The translations under genes and the position numbers were made by a program. Shown here in pieces: positions 29,680-42,998 of a stretch of 64,000 nucleotides of DNA. Source of the DNA: Octopus vulgaris (lineage: Eukaryota); contig OX597830.1 in assembly GCA_951406725.2 (NCBI GenBank), forward strand, positions 24,366,001-24,430,000, written 5' to 3'. Every line of letters starts with the position of its first letter. The first letter of the stretch is position 1. The notes below the pieces were generated by a model. That model was given only the letters and a program-made list of their open reading frames with translations. It had not been told where the DNA came from and made no database searches.

Positions 29680-31494
29680 TTCTTGTCGACACGTATCCAA
29701 ATTCCTATTGAATAACTTTTAAAAGAAACTCCTTGACATACTAAATGAAGCCCCCACACCTATCATATAACAATGCTACACCAAACACAGATGTTGCATT
29801 TCATTTATTTTTCGTGATTTTTTAAAATGCTTTTCTTTTTTTTTTTTGTGATGTTTTCTCAAGTTTTGTTTTCTCGGCAACAATCACAATTCGTGTCAAC
29901 ACGAAGCAAATACTTAGAAACTTATGAATGGATTAAAACCTACAGTTACCACACACAAATATACAAGCACGCACGCACACACGCACACACACATACATTA
30001 AATTACATAGATATATATTTACTCACATACATAATCACTCAGACATTCATATACGTAGACACGCACACAGTTGTGTCTGAGTGGTTATTAAATTATACAT
30101 GTGTGCATATGTATATGTATATCTTTGGGTATACGCGTGTGATATACGTACGTGTGCGGGCGTGAATTTCCATATGGGATGTGTACATCCTTTTATTTGT
30201 CTACTTAAATTCTAGCATCTTTCTCCTCTATTACAGTCTACCCTCTCCTTTGTCTCCCAACACTATTCTACTTACTTTACATTTTGTTCCCCACCTCCTC
30301 ATTTCATTTTCTTTCTTTCTTTTCTGTCCTTTCTCTTCCATCTTCTTTACTTTTTATTTCGCAGAATATATCGTCTGCAACAGTGATAATCTCCATGAAG
30401 GAATCACAAACAATGGCACACATCGCATCTGATACTCGTGTATCTATTCGAGAGAAAAAACACAACAACAAGCAAAACAACAACGGCAACAACAGCAGCA
30501 GCAACCTATTCTTCAATATCGAAAACAAATATCTGTTGACTATGAACCATTGCTTAATTTTTCATCTTTATTGTGTGAGAATTTTTTAAAATATCAACGA
30601 CGTTTCAGTTGGGCATTTGTCGCCAGAAAAATAAGAAAAAATAATAGTTTCGAAAGAAAAATATCTTAAAATCGATAGAATGAATTATTTTGGTTTCTTA
30701 GTTAGGAATACCAGACATAACAAAGACTTTAAACATCTTTTATTCGATTCTTTGGGGCAATACCAAATAATTTTGCGTACAAGGTCTTTACGTTGAAGCA
30801 GACGATAGATCATTGATAATGTGCCGCAGATGACGTCTGGAGTTAGATCTCTATAAGAATCGATTAAATCTTCTTAGTCTGTTTTGCTTTTTCTTGGTTA
30901 GTAAGTCTAATGATAAAATGGGTAAAATTTCTACATCAGATACGAATGGTCATAGAACTGTTGGTTTTTGATAAACATCAAATCAGCCTTAATTGAGCAG
31001 ACCGCTTTAACTTGTCCATTTTTATAGCTGCATTGTTATGCTAATTTTTCTGATTTTTATTATTTTTTTCTAAATACAGTGTATCTAGAAACACAATAAT
31101 CACAATATTCAGTGCGTTCATCTTTCTTTTTTAAGATGATAGGCTCTGAAGTAAGAAAGGTTTGTCTACTACGACTGCAGATATGACTGCGTCGGTTCGC
31201 TTTGCAACCAAGAAGCTTCGAGTGTAGTCTCCTTGTGTAGCTACTTGAATAAGTGCCACGGGCCAACCAATGCATTATTGGTGAATCTGGTAAGCAGAAC
31301 GCGTGCGGAAACTTATAAATGTACGTACATATATATATATATATATATATATACACTTCTAATATAAAGACAAAATTTTATTTAAAAATTTTATCAGTGG
31401 CCAGCATATGAAAAATACCTTTCAAGATGAAAATTTAGCGCCTATTTTTTAGCATATTGGCAAAGAATATCTTTTTTACTTTTATTTACAATTG

Positions 31495-31526
<32 letters not shown>

Positions 31527-31544
31527 CACACATATATATATATA

Positions 31545-32245
31545 TAGTTGAAAGTTATAGAAAAACAAAAGACGAAGGCAGGTGTATGAACAACAAGCTG
31601 GTGTATTATTTTGACCCTCGGGAAAGTGAGAAAATCTGTTACGTTTCGAGCCTACGCTCTTTAACAGAAAGGAATAAGGGGAACTAAACAGAGCGAGAAT
31701 AAAATATAAAATCTTGTGGTATTAGCGATCAATCTTGAAAGATAGATAAGGCCGGTCTATGGAATTATTCTGGGTTTCACGTCCATAAACCGCTTAGCAT
31801 TACAGCGTATCGTCAGAGCCCAAAGCCTGTTGGCACATGGCCTCTGTAGCTAGTAGGTTTTCTAGAAAATGGAGGAGGAAATGACTTCGTCACTCTATGC
31901 TAACAAAAGGGAGTTGTCTCCCTTTGGCTTTTATTCGTAAGCCACGCCAGCAGGAATTTCCGGCCATGCAAACTGGGTCCAAAGACGTCCATTCTGGAAT
32001 TAGATATGTTCTCCGGGTCGAGGGGGGTCTTTTAATATCCTCGCCCGTTCGACTATACACAGTTTACAACGTTTATGTAGGGGTCCGGATTTTCTAAGGT
32101 TCTCCATGATATTACGTGTGGAATTCCTTCATCCTTCAGCCACCATACATGGTTGGGTAATAATGTAGCATATCTCCTGAACGTGTTACCAGAGTATCTG
32201 GTGTATCTCCATGTGCAGTAGTTATTATTTAAGAGCCTCTTTTGT
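31545..32245 (-). mobile_element. Penelope-like element 3' fragment (end of GIY-YIG region plus terminal repeat with hammerhead-like motif)
   Basis: RYATLLPNHVWWLKDEGIPHVISWRTLENPDPY ... NSRMDVFGPSLHGRKFLL resembles PLE C-termini; downstream GAGCGTAGGCTC-GAAACGTA motif; ends in (TA)n. Confidence 0.7.
31636..31671 (-). ncRNA. Degenerate minimal hammerhead ribozyme motif
   Basis: cttt-CTGTTAA-A-GAGC gtag GCTC-GAAA-CG-TA-acag. Confidence 0.5.
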
Positions 32246-32280
32246 TGAAACGCAAACAAACCAACACGGATTGTCAAGCG

Positions 32281-32317
<37 letters not shown>

Positions 32318-32385
32318 CAATTGTCACTAAATCTGAATGGCAACTGAATTTTTCCATTTTTGTTTATATTGCTTATAGCTACCTT

Positions 32386-32427
<42 letters not shown>

Positions 32428-32814
32428 AAACGGAATATGTGTGGGTGCACCGGCCTTTTTCTTCTTCCCTCTTAAAATCAATATTTTTCATCCGATTTCT
32501 TTCGCGCTGGGAACATACATCATTTATGTTCCAGAGATTGTCATAGAGTTTTCAAATCTTCCACATAATGCGTAATGCCGCCCCTATGGGACGAAAACAC
32601 CTTCTGATAGTTAAATAACAAATACCAACGATCGTTGCTTCAAGGAACATTACTCTTGATGATGTAGTTATGCTGCTCTCACTTCATCTTCTACAGTTTT
32701 GACAATGCCCATTCACTGCAAACCACCGACATTTGCACATTAGCACTTCCTTTGAGTAGCCATACAAGTTAAAACAACTTTTCAGTTGAAACCGTTACCG
32801 ACCACGATCAGATT

Positions 32815-33058
32815 ACATACTTTCCAACAGAATTTCTTAACTCCCAACATCCTCCACGACTCTCTCCTCATGAACTTCACTTAAAAGTTGGGTACCCTCT
32901 CGTCCTTCTACGCAATCTAAACGCACCCACACTATGCAATGGAACTCGCTCATTGAAGCACAAATTATCACGGGACATGAGAGAAACGATACCGTTTTTA
33001 TTCCGAAAATTCCGCTAACCCTAACAGACTGCCCCTACCGTATACGCAGATTCAGTTT
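32815..33058 (+). mobile_element. Helitron fragment (Pif1-like helicase domain)
   Basis: FPTEFLNS...PHELHLKVGYPLVLLRNLNAPTLCNGTR...IEAQIITG...VFIPKIPL..TDCPY..RR. Confidence 0.88.
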
Positions 33059-33380
33059 GGATTCAGTCCCACTGCGTGGCATCTTGGGCAAGTGTCTTCT
33101 ACTATATCCTCGGGCCGACCAAAGCCTTGTCAGTAGATTTGGTAGACGGAAACTAAAAAAAAGCCCGTCAGATATATATGTGTGTATGTTTGTGTGTGCG
33201 TATTTTTTCCACCACCCTCGCTTGACAAACGATGGTGGTGTGTTTACGTCCCCGTAACTTAGCAGCCTGATAGACCGATAGCATAAGTACTATGCTTACA
33301 AAGAATAAGTCCTGGGGGCGATTTGTTCCACTAATAGGCGGTGCTCCAGCATGGCTGCACTCAAATGACTGAAGCAAATA
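33059..33380 (+). mobile_element. SINE family A, 5'-truncated
   Basis: Consensus match. Confidence 0.85.
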
Positions 33381-34074
33381 AAATATAAAAAAACTATATA
33401 AAATAAAGAAGGAAAATACAAACTCTTTACGTAGTTTCAAGATAATCTTTAATATATTGTATGTTGTTTGTCGACTGGTTTCGCTTGTGCGAGTGTGGGG
33501 GGGCTTCTTTCAGTTTCCGCCTACCAAATCCACTCAAAAGGCTAGAGGCTACTGCAGAATACAGTTGTCGAAGAATCCAGAAACTTCTTACAGCACAACC
33601 ACGCATGCGCCTCTGTGTGTGTGTGTCCGTCTGTGTGTGTGTGTGTGTGTGTGTGTACGTGTGTGTGTGTACGTGTGTGTGTGTGTGTGAATGTACCGTT
33701 ATAAAAATAAGCATGCAAGATATCGTGTCGACTCACGCTGTTCACCGTGCAAATAACGATAAATAACGTGCAAATAACGATATCGTTGCGAATCAGCAAA
33801 TAGTTAATTTGTTAAAAAAATATAAACGAGGCCATCAGCTTTTGTCAGATTCGTTGGTGAGGTTACATCTGACTGATGAGAACCATTGTGAAACACAGGA
33901 ATGCCGGAATCACCTGTATAGGTGAATTTGAGTGTGTTATGAACACAAAGTCGTTAAGGAGAAGCTGTTCTCTTGTGACGAACTCAACAATAATTACTGA
34001 ACACCTAAGTCACAGGGTCGTAAACAAAATCAACACAGTTTATCGAGCTGTGGTGAGAGACAAGGACGTACACA

Positions 34075-34113
34075 AAGAAACACACAGACACACAGACAAG
34101 CAAACAAACGCTA

Positions 34114-34174
<61 letters not shown>

Positions 34175-34380
34175 TACACACAAACGTACACACACACGTG
34201 CACGCATACACTCAAACCCACATGCACACACGCACACAAACGCACACAAACACACACATACATGCACAAACACACACATATATACCTACACATATACTCA
34301 CACAAACACACACTAACACACATACAAACGCGCGCACACAAAACACGCCTGCACACACACGCACGCACACACACACACAG

Positions 34381-34421
<41 letters not shown>

Positions 34422-34601
34422 ATATATATACATATATACAACGGGCTTCTTTCAGTTTCTGCCTACCAAACCCACTCACAAGGCTTCGGTCAGCCTGAGG
34501 CTATAGTAGAAGACACTTGCCAAAGGTGCCATGCAGCGGGATTGAAACCAAAACTATGTGGCTAGGAAGCAAGGTTCTTATCACACAGCTACAGCTACGC
34601 C
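34075..34601 (-). mobile_element. SINE family A 5' half with expanded internal (CA)n-rich tract
   Basis: 34440-34601 matches the head (reverse complement). Confidence 0.75.
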
Positions 34602-34618
34602 AATGTCTTTTATATTTT

Positions 34619-35283
34619 AAGGCGGCGAGCTGGCAGAAACGTTAGCTTGCCGGGCGAAACGCTTAGCGGTATTTCGTCTGCCGTTACGTTCTGAGTTCAA
34701 ATTCCGCCGAGGTCGGCTTTGCCTTTCATCCTTTCGAGGTCGATTAAATAAGTACCAGTTACGTACTGGGGTCGATGTAATCGAGTTAATCCCTTTATCT
34801 GTCCTTCTTTGTCCCCTCTTTAGCCCCTTGTGGGCTATAAAGAAATAAGAAACGTTAGCACGCCGGGCGAAATGCTAACGCATAAGGCGGCGAGCTGGCA
34901 GAAACGTTAGCACGCCGGGCGAAATGCTTAGCGGTATTTCGTCTGCGTTACGTTCTGAGTTCAAATTCCGCCGAGGTCGACTTTGCCTTTTCATCCTTTC
35001 GGGGTCGATAAATTAAGTACCAGTTACGCACTGGGGTCGATGTAATCGACTTAATACCTATGTCTGTCCTTGTTTGTCCCCTCTGTGTTTAGCCCCTTGT
35101 GGGTAATAAAGAAATAGGTATTCCGTCTATCTTTACGTTCTGAGTTCAAATTCTACTGGGGTCCACTTTGCCTTTCATCCTTTCGGAATCGATAAATTAA
35201 GTACCAGTTTCGCTCTGGGATCGATCTAATCGATTTCCCCTTCCCCAAAAATTTCGGGTCCTGCGCCTAGAGTAGAAAAGAAT
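34619..35283 (+). mobile_element. Tandem cluster of three SINE family B copies
   Basis: Copies at 34619-34848, 34884-35117 (Tx1-type tail) and 35118-35283 (alternative tail). Confidence 0.9.
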
Positions 35284-35299
35284 ATCTTTAAAATTTTAT

Positions 35300-35716
35300 C
35301 TTTTGATTGTTTCAGTCATTAGACTGCGGTCATGCTGGAGCACCTCCTTAAGGAATTTTAGTCGAACTAACCGACCCCAGGACTTATTTTTATTTTAAAG
35401 CCTGTAACATATTCTTTCGGACTCTTTTGCCGAACCACTAGGTTACGGGGACGTAAACACATCAACTCCGATTGTCAAGCAGTGATGGGGGAGAAACAAA
35501 GATGCAAATACGCACACACACTCACACACACACAGACACATATATATGTGTGTGCGCATGTGTGTGTACGCTCGGCTTCTTTTAGCACCCGTCTATTAAA
35601 TCCACTCATTTTGGTCGGCTCGAGGCTACAGTAGAAGACACTCGTCCAAGGTGACACGAAGTGAGGCTGAAGCCGGAATCATGTAGTTGAGAGGCAAACT
35701 TCTTACTACACAGCCA
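35300..35716 (-). mobile_element. SINE family A, diverged
   Basis: Consensus match (reverse complement). Confidence 0.8.
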
Positions 35717-35719
35717 TAT

Positions 35720-36007
35720 AGACAGACAGACAGACAGACAGAGATAGAGAGAGACAGATAGAGAGAGTCAGATAGAGAGAGACAGATAGATAGAAACAAA
35801 TTGAGAAAGACAAATTGAGACTGTCAGATAGAGAGAGACAGATTGATATAGATAGAGATAGATAAATAGATAGACAGAGAGAGAGAGAGAAAGAGTGTGA
35901 GAGAGAGAGAAAGAGAGAGAGAGAGAGGGAGAAAAATAAATAGAAAGAGGGATAGATAGATAGATAGAGTGAAAGAGAGATAGACAGAGATAGATAGAGA
36001 TAGGTAG

Positions 36008-36050
<43 letters not shown>

Positions 36051-36151
36051 AAGGCAAATAGAAAGAAAGGTGGATAGACAGAGGGAAAAGTGGATAGACA
36101 GACAGATGAATAGATAGACAGTCAGACAAACAGACAGATGAACAGACTGAC

Positions 36152-36220
<69 letters not shown>
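35720..36220. repeat. GA/GATA/GACA low-complexity tract
   Basis: Direct reading. Confidence 0.9.
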
Positions 36221-37342
36221 TTTCAATTTATCAGAACACTGGGACACTCACGCAGAATTAGCGTGATACAGTGTGACAAGACTGGCCGTTTAGATTACTG
36301 GTACATTCCACCCAATGTGGTACCACAGTTTTCCATCTCACTAGTTTCATTCACATGACTTTTGTCCTTAGGTAGAATTAATTAATTGAACGCTCCGTGC
36401 ACTGGAACTGAACGCGGATCCATTTTATTGCAAAGTGAACTTCTGAACAATTGAACCATGACTGCGCTCTGAAAACTGGGAACAAACACTCGCGCAAACA
36501 ATTGTCATATTCTGACAGCAGGAGTGAAACACGCATTGGTCCAAAAATTGTGAAATGCAGTCGCAGGTGCAGCAACAGCAGCTGCAGCATCATTGCTAAT
36601 TTTTCTAAAGAAAAAAAAATGAAGGAAAATTTCCCACTTAAAAAAAATACAAATTCAACCATTCTAAGACATGAAGTCTTAGAATCTTTAACAACCAACC
36701 ATCCTAATCGTATTCATATTTTTCACATTTCACTTTTTTTCCCTCCCACCTTTCGTTTTTCACTCTCTCTTTCTTTCTTTTTTTTTTTTTTTTTTGTTCA
36801 AATTAATTAAAAATCTCCCAAGCGACTGACAAAAATATTGCCTTTCTCTTTCAGGTTTACTAACACCATAATAATCTCTCTTGTCAAACAATCTAATGCT
36901 GTAGTTTTCGATTCAGTTGGAGTTAATAAATCAAGATAGTCATTTTCTCTGTTATATGACGTGCGTTCCTAAAAGCTTTCAGCACATTCCTCGCCGACGC
37001 CATTTTGTTTTCTCATTTGGTTATGAAATACAAATCATCTCTGAGTTTTATTAACAGGTTTCCTGCCCATTGCCGTTGGCTCTTCATGCTAAAGACATTA
37101 TTTATGGGATATGTTTTCCTAAAGCTCACGCATATGTACACGCACACACTTCCTACACAAATATGTATTTATATTGTTGCACACATATGTATTTACACAC
37201 ATAAGTGTATGTGAGTGCTGGAGTATACAGTTATGTATGTATGTATACATATGTATGTATACATATGTATGTATACATATGTATGTATACATATGTATGT
37301 ATACATATGTATGTATACATATGTATGTATCTAGATTCTGTT

Positions 37343-37379
<37 letters not shown>

Positions 37380-37500
37380 ATACAGATATATGTATTATTT
37401 TATTTACATGGAATTTCTACGTGTGCATATATTTACGTATTATACACATATGTAGACGAGTTATATATACATATATACATACTGTGTATGTATATATGAA

Positions 37501-37662
37501 TGCAGGAGTGGCTGTGTGGTAAGGAGCTTGCGTACGAACCACATGGTTCCAGGTTCAGTCCCACTACGTGGCACCTCGGGCAAGTGTCTTCTACTATAAC
37601 CTCGGGACATCCAAAGCCTTGTGAGTGGATTTGGTAGACGGAAACTGAAAGAAGCCCGTCAG

Positions 37663-37702
<40 letters not shown>

Positions 37703-37920
37703 GTATTTGTGTGTCTGAGTGTGTGTGTGTTTCTGTGTCTGTGTTTGTCTCCCCCGACATCGCTTGACAACCGATGTTGGTGTGTTTATGTCCCCGTCAC
37801 TTAGCGGTTCGGCAATAGGATCCGACAGAATAAGTACTAGGCTTACAAAGAATAAGTCCTGGGGTCGATTTGCTCGACTAAAGGCGGTGCTCCAGCATGG
37901 CCGCAGTCAAATAAAAGAAA
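37501..37920 (+). mobile_element. SINE family A, full length
   Basis: Consensus match. Confidence 0.9.
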
Positions 37921-38227
37921 GAAAGAAAGAAGCATATAGAGAGAGAGGGGAGAGATACATACATATTCGTAGATGCAAGTATATATCTGTATGTACATAT
38001 TTACATATGTATAATATATAATATGCATTTTGATATATATATACATTATATATATTATACACACATACGTATGTACATATACATACATATACACATATAC
38101 ACAGTGGCCCAGCAACAAAATTTGCTAAGTGGGTGCAAACCCAGGTCCTAATTTTTTTAATGAAAAATGTGGATTTTTCCAATGTTAACATTAAAACAAA
38201 TACAGGTATAATAATAATTTTTTTATT

Positions 38228-38610
38228 ATGAGGGTCGGCTGAAATGTTCATAATCTCAATGGAATGTGACCAAATGAAGTTCATTTTCTAACACAGTTCC
38301 TCTTACTGTCCACACACTTCCATTAGTAGTTGCAGTGCTTGGGTCGCACTGGTGAAGAAGCTTTTCTGTTGATCAAAATGGTCATCAACAACAGATAAGA
38401 TGTTCTCATCATAGTGATACTGGTGCTCAGCTGAGTGTTTTTCTATGTTGGGAAACAGATGATAACCAGAAGGAACCAAATCACTAACATAGGGAGGGTG
38501 ATCAACCAGTTCAAAGCCAGTCACACACAACAGCCATTGAAACCAAGGACTTGTGTGCTGAAGCATTGTCCTAATGAAACAAGACCCCATTCATCAGTTT
38601 TTCTGGGTGT
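38228..38610 (-). mobile_element. mariner transposase 3' fragment
   Basis: GFELVDHPPYVSDLVPSGYHLFPNIEK (the YSPDLAPSDYHLF motif); TATGAGGG-type terminus at 38228. Confidence 0.85.
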
Positions 38611-39071
38611 TTGGTCTTAGGAAGTTGGTATTGAAATTTTCCATTGATAGTGTGATCATTTTGAAGATAGCTAATAAACACAATATTGTTTCCATTAATG
38701 CATAGTATATATAATAATGTGAAGTATATTTTGCATATTAAAATGTTTAATTTTGGAAATGTATCAAGCAGAGCTAAAATAAGCAGTAAAAATACAAATT
38801 GCAAGAGATATAGATATAGATATAGATATAGATATACACATACAAATATATATGTCCTTGCCTTCGGACGCGGAGTAGATGAAACGGGGACAACTGAAGA
38901 AGGGGAATATTCTTTATGTTGTATGTCTCGCTTCTCTGTTTGTTTTTTCGTTGTTCGAAAAAAGTTATTTTCTATGTTTTTACCCATATATGCATGTATA
39001 TATACATATATATGTAGGCATGTACATATATGTATGTATATATGCATATATTTATATATTATTTATATTAT

Positions 39072-39119
<48 letters not shown>

Positions 39120-41211
39120 GCACTGTATTGACCAGGCCACCAGATGTTATTACACACCGCCGGCCACAATGCACTTCCACTTCTGCCTGCATTACGCCAG
39201 TCTTTTCCATCCTGACTCTAATTACTTAACTAAATTACTTAACATTTTTAATTGCTAGAATTCACCCTATAAAGCCGACAATTGCTTTTGTTGTATTAAC
39301 ATACTTAGATTTAGAAAATATTGAAATTCATATTTGCGAAAATACATGTTAACACTTTCATACAAATATACACAGACGCAATTATGCGGATGAACAAATT
39401 AGATACATCAAATATGTTAAATATATTAAAATCATTAGTTTGTGTATGAAGTACAAAATATGTATCTATGTATGCATGCAAAACAAGAGAAAGCAAAATG
39501 CGGAGGCTTTCAGATGATGACTTTTAAGTATAAATTATATAGATATTTATATTAATAGGTCCAACTTACACAGACAATAAGCGTCTTTGTGCACGTCGGA
39601 CAAAATGTTTTGCAGCATTTCCTCCGGCTCTTTGTATAATGAGTTCACATGCCTTTGGGGTCAATTTTGTCTTCCATCCTATAAGGGTCGATAAAATAAA
39701 ATACCAGTCAAGTACTGAGATTGGTTTAATCAATATGCTTCCTCACATCAAAATTGCTGGCTTTGAACCTCGCGGCGGCCGGACTGACGTCCTTTTCAAA
39801 GAGAATGCTGTGATCTCGATCACCTGTATGCCATAGAAACTAGGTAACTGCTCTTACGAGTTCTTGGGGTTCGAGAAAAAATGGTTGCCTACACAGGCCT
39901 GCCTCTCCTCGCTACAATACACCGATATTGTACCAGAGAAAATTATAGTCAACACAGCCTGCCACCAGATGTCGTTGTAGACGTTGCCATCATAACGTCA
40001 AGAACCCAAAACAGATAGCGCAAAACATGCCACTCGACGCTCTGACGATCCAGCCAAACCATCGCCCTAAAAGGATACTGTATTTATCAAACTTCAACGG
40101 ATGAAATGTAAAATTGACTTCGGCGGAATTTGAACTAAGAATGCACAGTGTCGCAACAATATGCTAAATGCTTCCCTATTTGGTGTACTAACGACTATGT
40201 CAGTAAGCTGCCTTGCTTTGTAAATATATAATGTGTATGTGTGTTCAGGCGCGTGCGTCTGTATTGTTTCTGCGCGTGTGTGCGAGCGCGTGTATGCTGA
40301 TGTGCGTATGTGAATTGGTATGTGCGTTGGTGTAGGTGTGTCTGCGTGTGTATGTGTATGCGTGTATGCGTATTAATTTGTTCTCTATTTGAGGCACTAA
40401 TTCTTGTAGGTGGGATTCTTTGCAATATTCGTGTGTTATAAATGATATTTTTTTCTGTTCTATTTATTTAATTTTGTTTTATATAGAACGTTGCAACGAA
40501 TCCTTGTAGTAAATGCATAGGTAGTCCGACGACAGACTATAAATACATGTATGTCCAATATAATATCTCAAGCAATAAGATTTATACATTTACCCGTTAC
40601 CATATGCATTTCTAAACTACATTTCTCATCTGGCAATTATTCAGCGACTCACAGATTACTGATTTGCTTCTGATGCGGAGATTTATGAATCTCTTTTTGA
40701 TGTTTTTTATATAATAAACTGTTGATGCGAGCTTACGACTGGGTATAACGCATATTTTGTTCTGTTTTATGGGTGCTTTTTATTCTATGTTCATCTTTTC
40801 TATAACCAAGGTGCATTTGGTTCACATAATATATTTTATGCGTGAATTCTTTGTTCTTATTTGATGGTGTTTTATGCTATATTTATTTTGTTGAATTTAT
40901 TTCTCTGTTGTTGTATAATCTGGTCTACTAACTTGTCTGTGTGTCTGATTGGTTAACATGTGATTTTTTTTTATTTCTGTAAATTTGTTTCTGGTTATGA
41001 CAATGCAAATTTTGTAGAAAAGAATCTATCAAAAACAGTCTGGGGGTCGGTATACATTTGACTCCCATTTTTTGAACTGGTAGCAAATATTTTTGCTCGT
41101 ATGCATTGTCAAGCTGTTGTTTTACTTTAATCGTTTGAATAATCGGTAACGTGAACCGCAGAGTCATTATTCAAGAGCTTTCAATAAGTTTGTAAATAAT
41201 AATAATTATTA

Positions 41212-41403
41212 TCTTTTTCACTTTAGGAACAAGGACTGAAATTTTGACGGTGGGGACTAGTCGATTACACCAATCCCAGTACTCAACTCATCGAGCCCAA
41301 AAGGATGAAAGGCAAAGATGACCGGGCAGAATTTGAAATCAGAACGTAAAGACGGACGAAATGCCGCTAAGCAATTTGCCCGACTTGTTAACGATTTTGC
41401 CAG
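41212..41403 (-). mobile_element. SINE family B, diverged
   Basis: Consensus match (reverse complement). Confidence 0.75.
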
Positions 41404-41473
41404 CTACACACACACACACATACACACACATAAAAAATACATACATATACATACATACATACATACATATCAT

Positions 41474-41510
<37 letters not shown>

Positions 41511-41729
41511 TACATACAGACAGACAGACATATATACATACATACATATATACAAGGAAGAGAAGGAGGATAACGACGGGCGACTGCAAAGATTTTCAGA
41601 AAAAAGTCGAGCAACTATGCAAGTTCAAAACGATGGACATTGTTAAAACCCAGTGCTATCTTTGTTAGAAACCACTTCCTTCCCGACAGGAAGGTTTTAA
41701 ATAATTAAAAAAAAAAAGACAGCATGCAT

Positions 41730-41871
41730 AGGGTAAAGGGTAAAGACCCACTTCGGCCATGAATGACCATAGGATTGCACCTAGAAAGTTCCTGGGCAAG
41801 ATTTATGAAAAGCCAACAGTCGCCCATACATACCATCCTCCCTTCTCCTCACCACTGATGTTATCCAAGGG
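41730..41871 (-). mobile_element. 3' part of SINE family C (CTTTACC tail type)
   Basis: Reverse complement matches 45843-45995. Confidence 0.8.
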
Positions 41872-41896
41872 AGCGACGCCTGCTGGGCTTGGCTAG

Positions 41897-41939
41897 TCTG
41901 CATTGATAAAGGGGAAATACCCTGAAACATGTCTGCAGA
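41897..41939 (+). ncRNA. Minimal type I hammerhead ribozyme motif (U3:A8 core)
   Basis: TCTGCA-TTGATAA-AGGG gaaata CCCT-GAAA-CATG-TC-TGCAGA. Confidence 0.75.
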
Positions 41940-42194
41940 TGCCTGACCAGCAAGGGGAAGCGGCTGACCTCCCCTGTTCGAAGGTTATAATGAACACAGG
42001 TTCGTGTGTCATATAGCTAGAGGCGATGGCCTCTTGGAACTAATTAACGGCAGCTTTAGTCTTATATTTATGGACTGCCATATTAGCTTGGCGATAACTG
42101 TTAATTTCCAGTACCGCTGCCGTAGTCTCCTTTAGAGAGACTTAAAAATAATAATATTTCTATATTATTAAAGTATAATTATCATATTATTCTT

Positions 42195-42243
<49 letters not shown>

Positions 42244-42759
42244 CTCCTTAGCCTAGATCCAGGTAACACTGATCGAGGAAATACATACCCTGTTTTTAAG
42301 TGAAATTCAGCCAATGATGGAGTCATCTTCTTATGTATCTATGAGACTATTTAAGGCTTATTGGTCTCGTTTATTTCAGTAGGCTGTGATTTCAAGGAGA
42401 TTTGGCTGTTATTTCATGCAAACATGACCACGTAGAGGCGTCATCGATGTCTGGTTTAGTCAATAGAATTTATATAATATTTGTTGTAATTGCATTTATT
42501 TCTTATGTATAGCAGTTTAGATTCGAATTGATAAATGTGACCTTTCTTTTCTATTTCATATTTGTGTTTATTCAATGTAAACATTAACGCTATTCTCGAA
42601 ATTTCGTGTTTCGTTAATACGTGGCATTTAAACATGTGATTATTTATTAGCATGTAGCATTATATTGTGAAATGACGAATGTAGTGATATTTATTAGTAT
42701 TTCAGTAGTACATAGTAAATAATAGTCAGCTTAGTAGTAGTAGTAGTAGTAGTAGTAGT

Positions 42760-42998
42760 TAAGGCGGTGAGCTGGCAGAATCGTTAGCACGCCGGGCAAA
42801 ATGCTTTGTTTCATTTCATTTGTTTTCATGTTCTGGGTTCAAATATCGCTTAGTTTGACTTTGCCTTTCACCTTTTCGGTGTCAATAAAATAAAGACCAG
42901 CTGAGCAATGGAGTCGACGTAATCGACTAGAGTTTAGGCTGGCCATTTTTCTGTCCTTGTTTGTCCCCTCTTGTTTGCCCCTTGTGGGCAATAAAGAA
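42760..42998 (+). mobile_element. SINE family B
   Basis: Near-identical to 43540-43709 over its body. Confidence 0.8.

Noticed and set aside
33872-33900. CTGATGA...GAAAC as a hammerhead
   Set aside because: No stem II or stem I pairing
34619-35283. Regularly spaced direct repeats as a CRISPR-like array
   Set aside because: Tandem SINE copies with no unique spacers, in eukaryotic DNA
38889-38922. ACAA-CTGAAGA-AGGGGAATATTCTTT..TTGT as a hammerhead
   Set aside because: Lacks the GAAA strand and stem III
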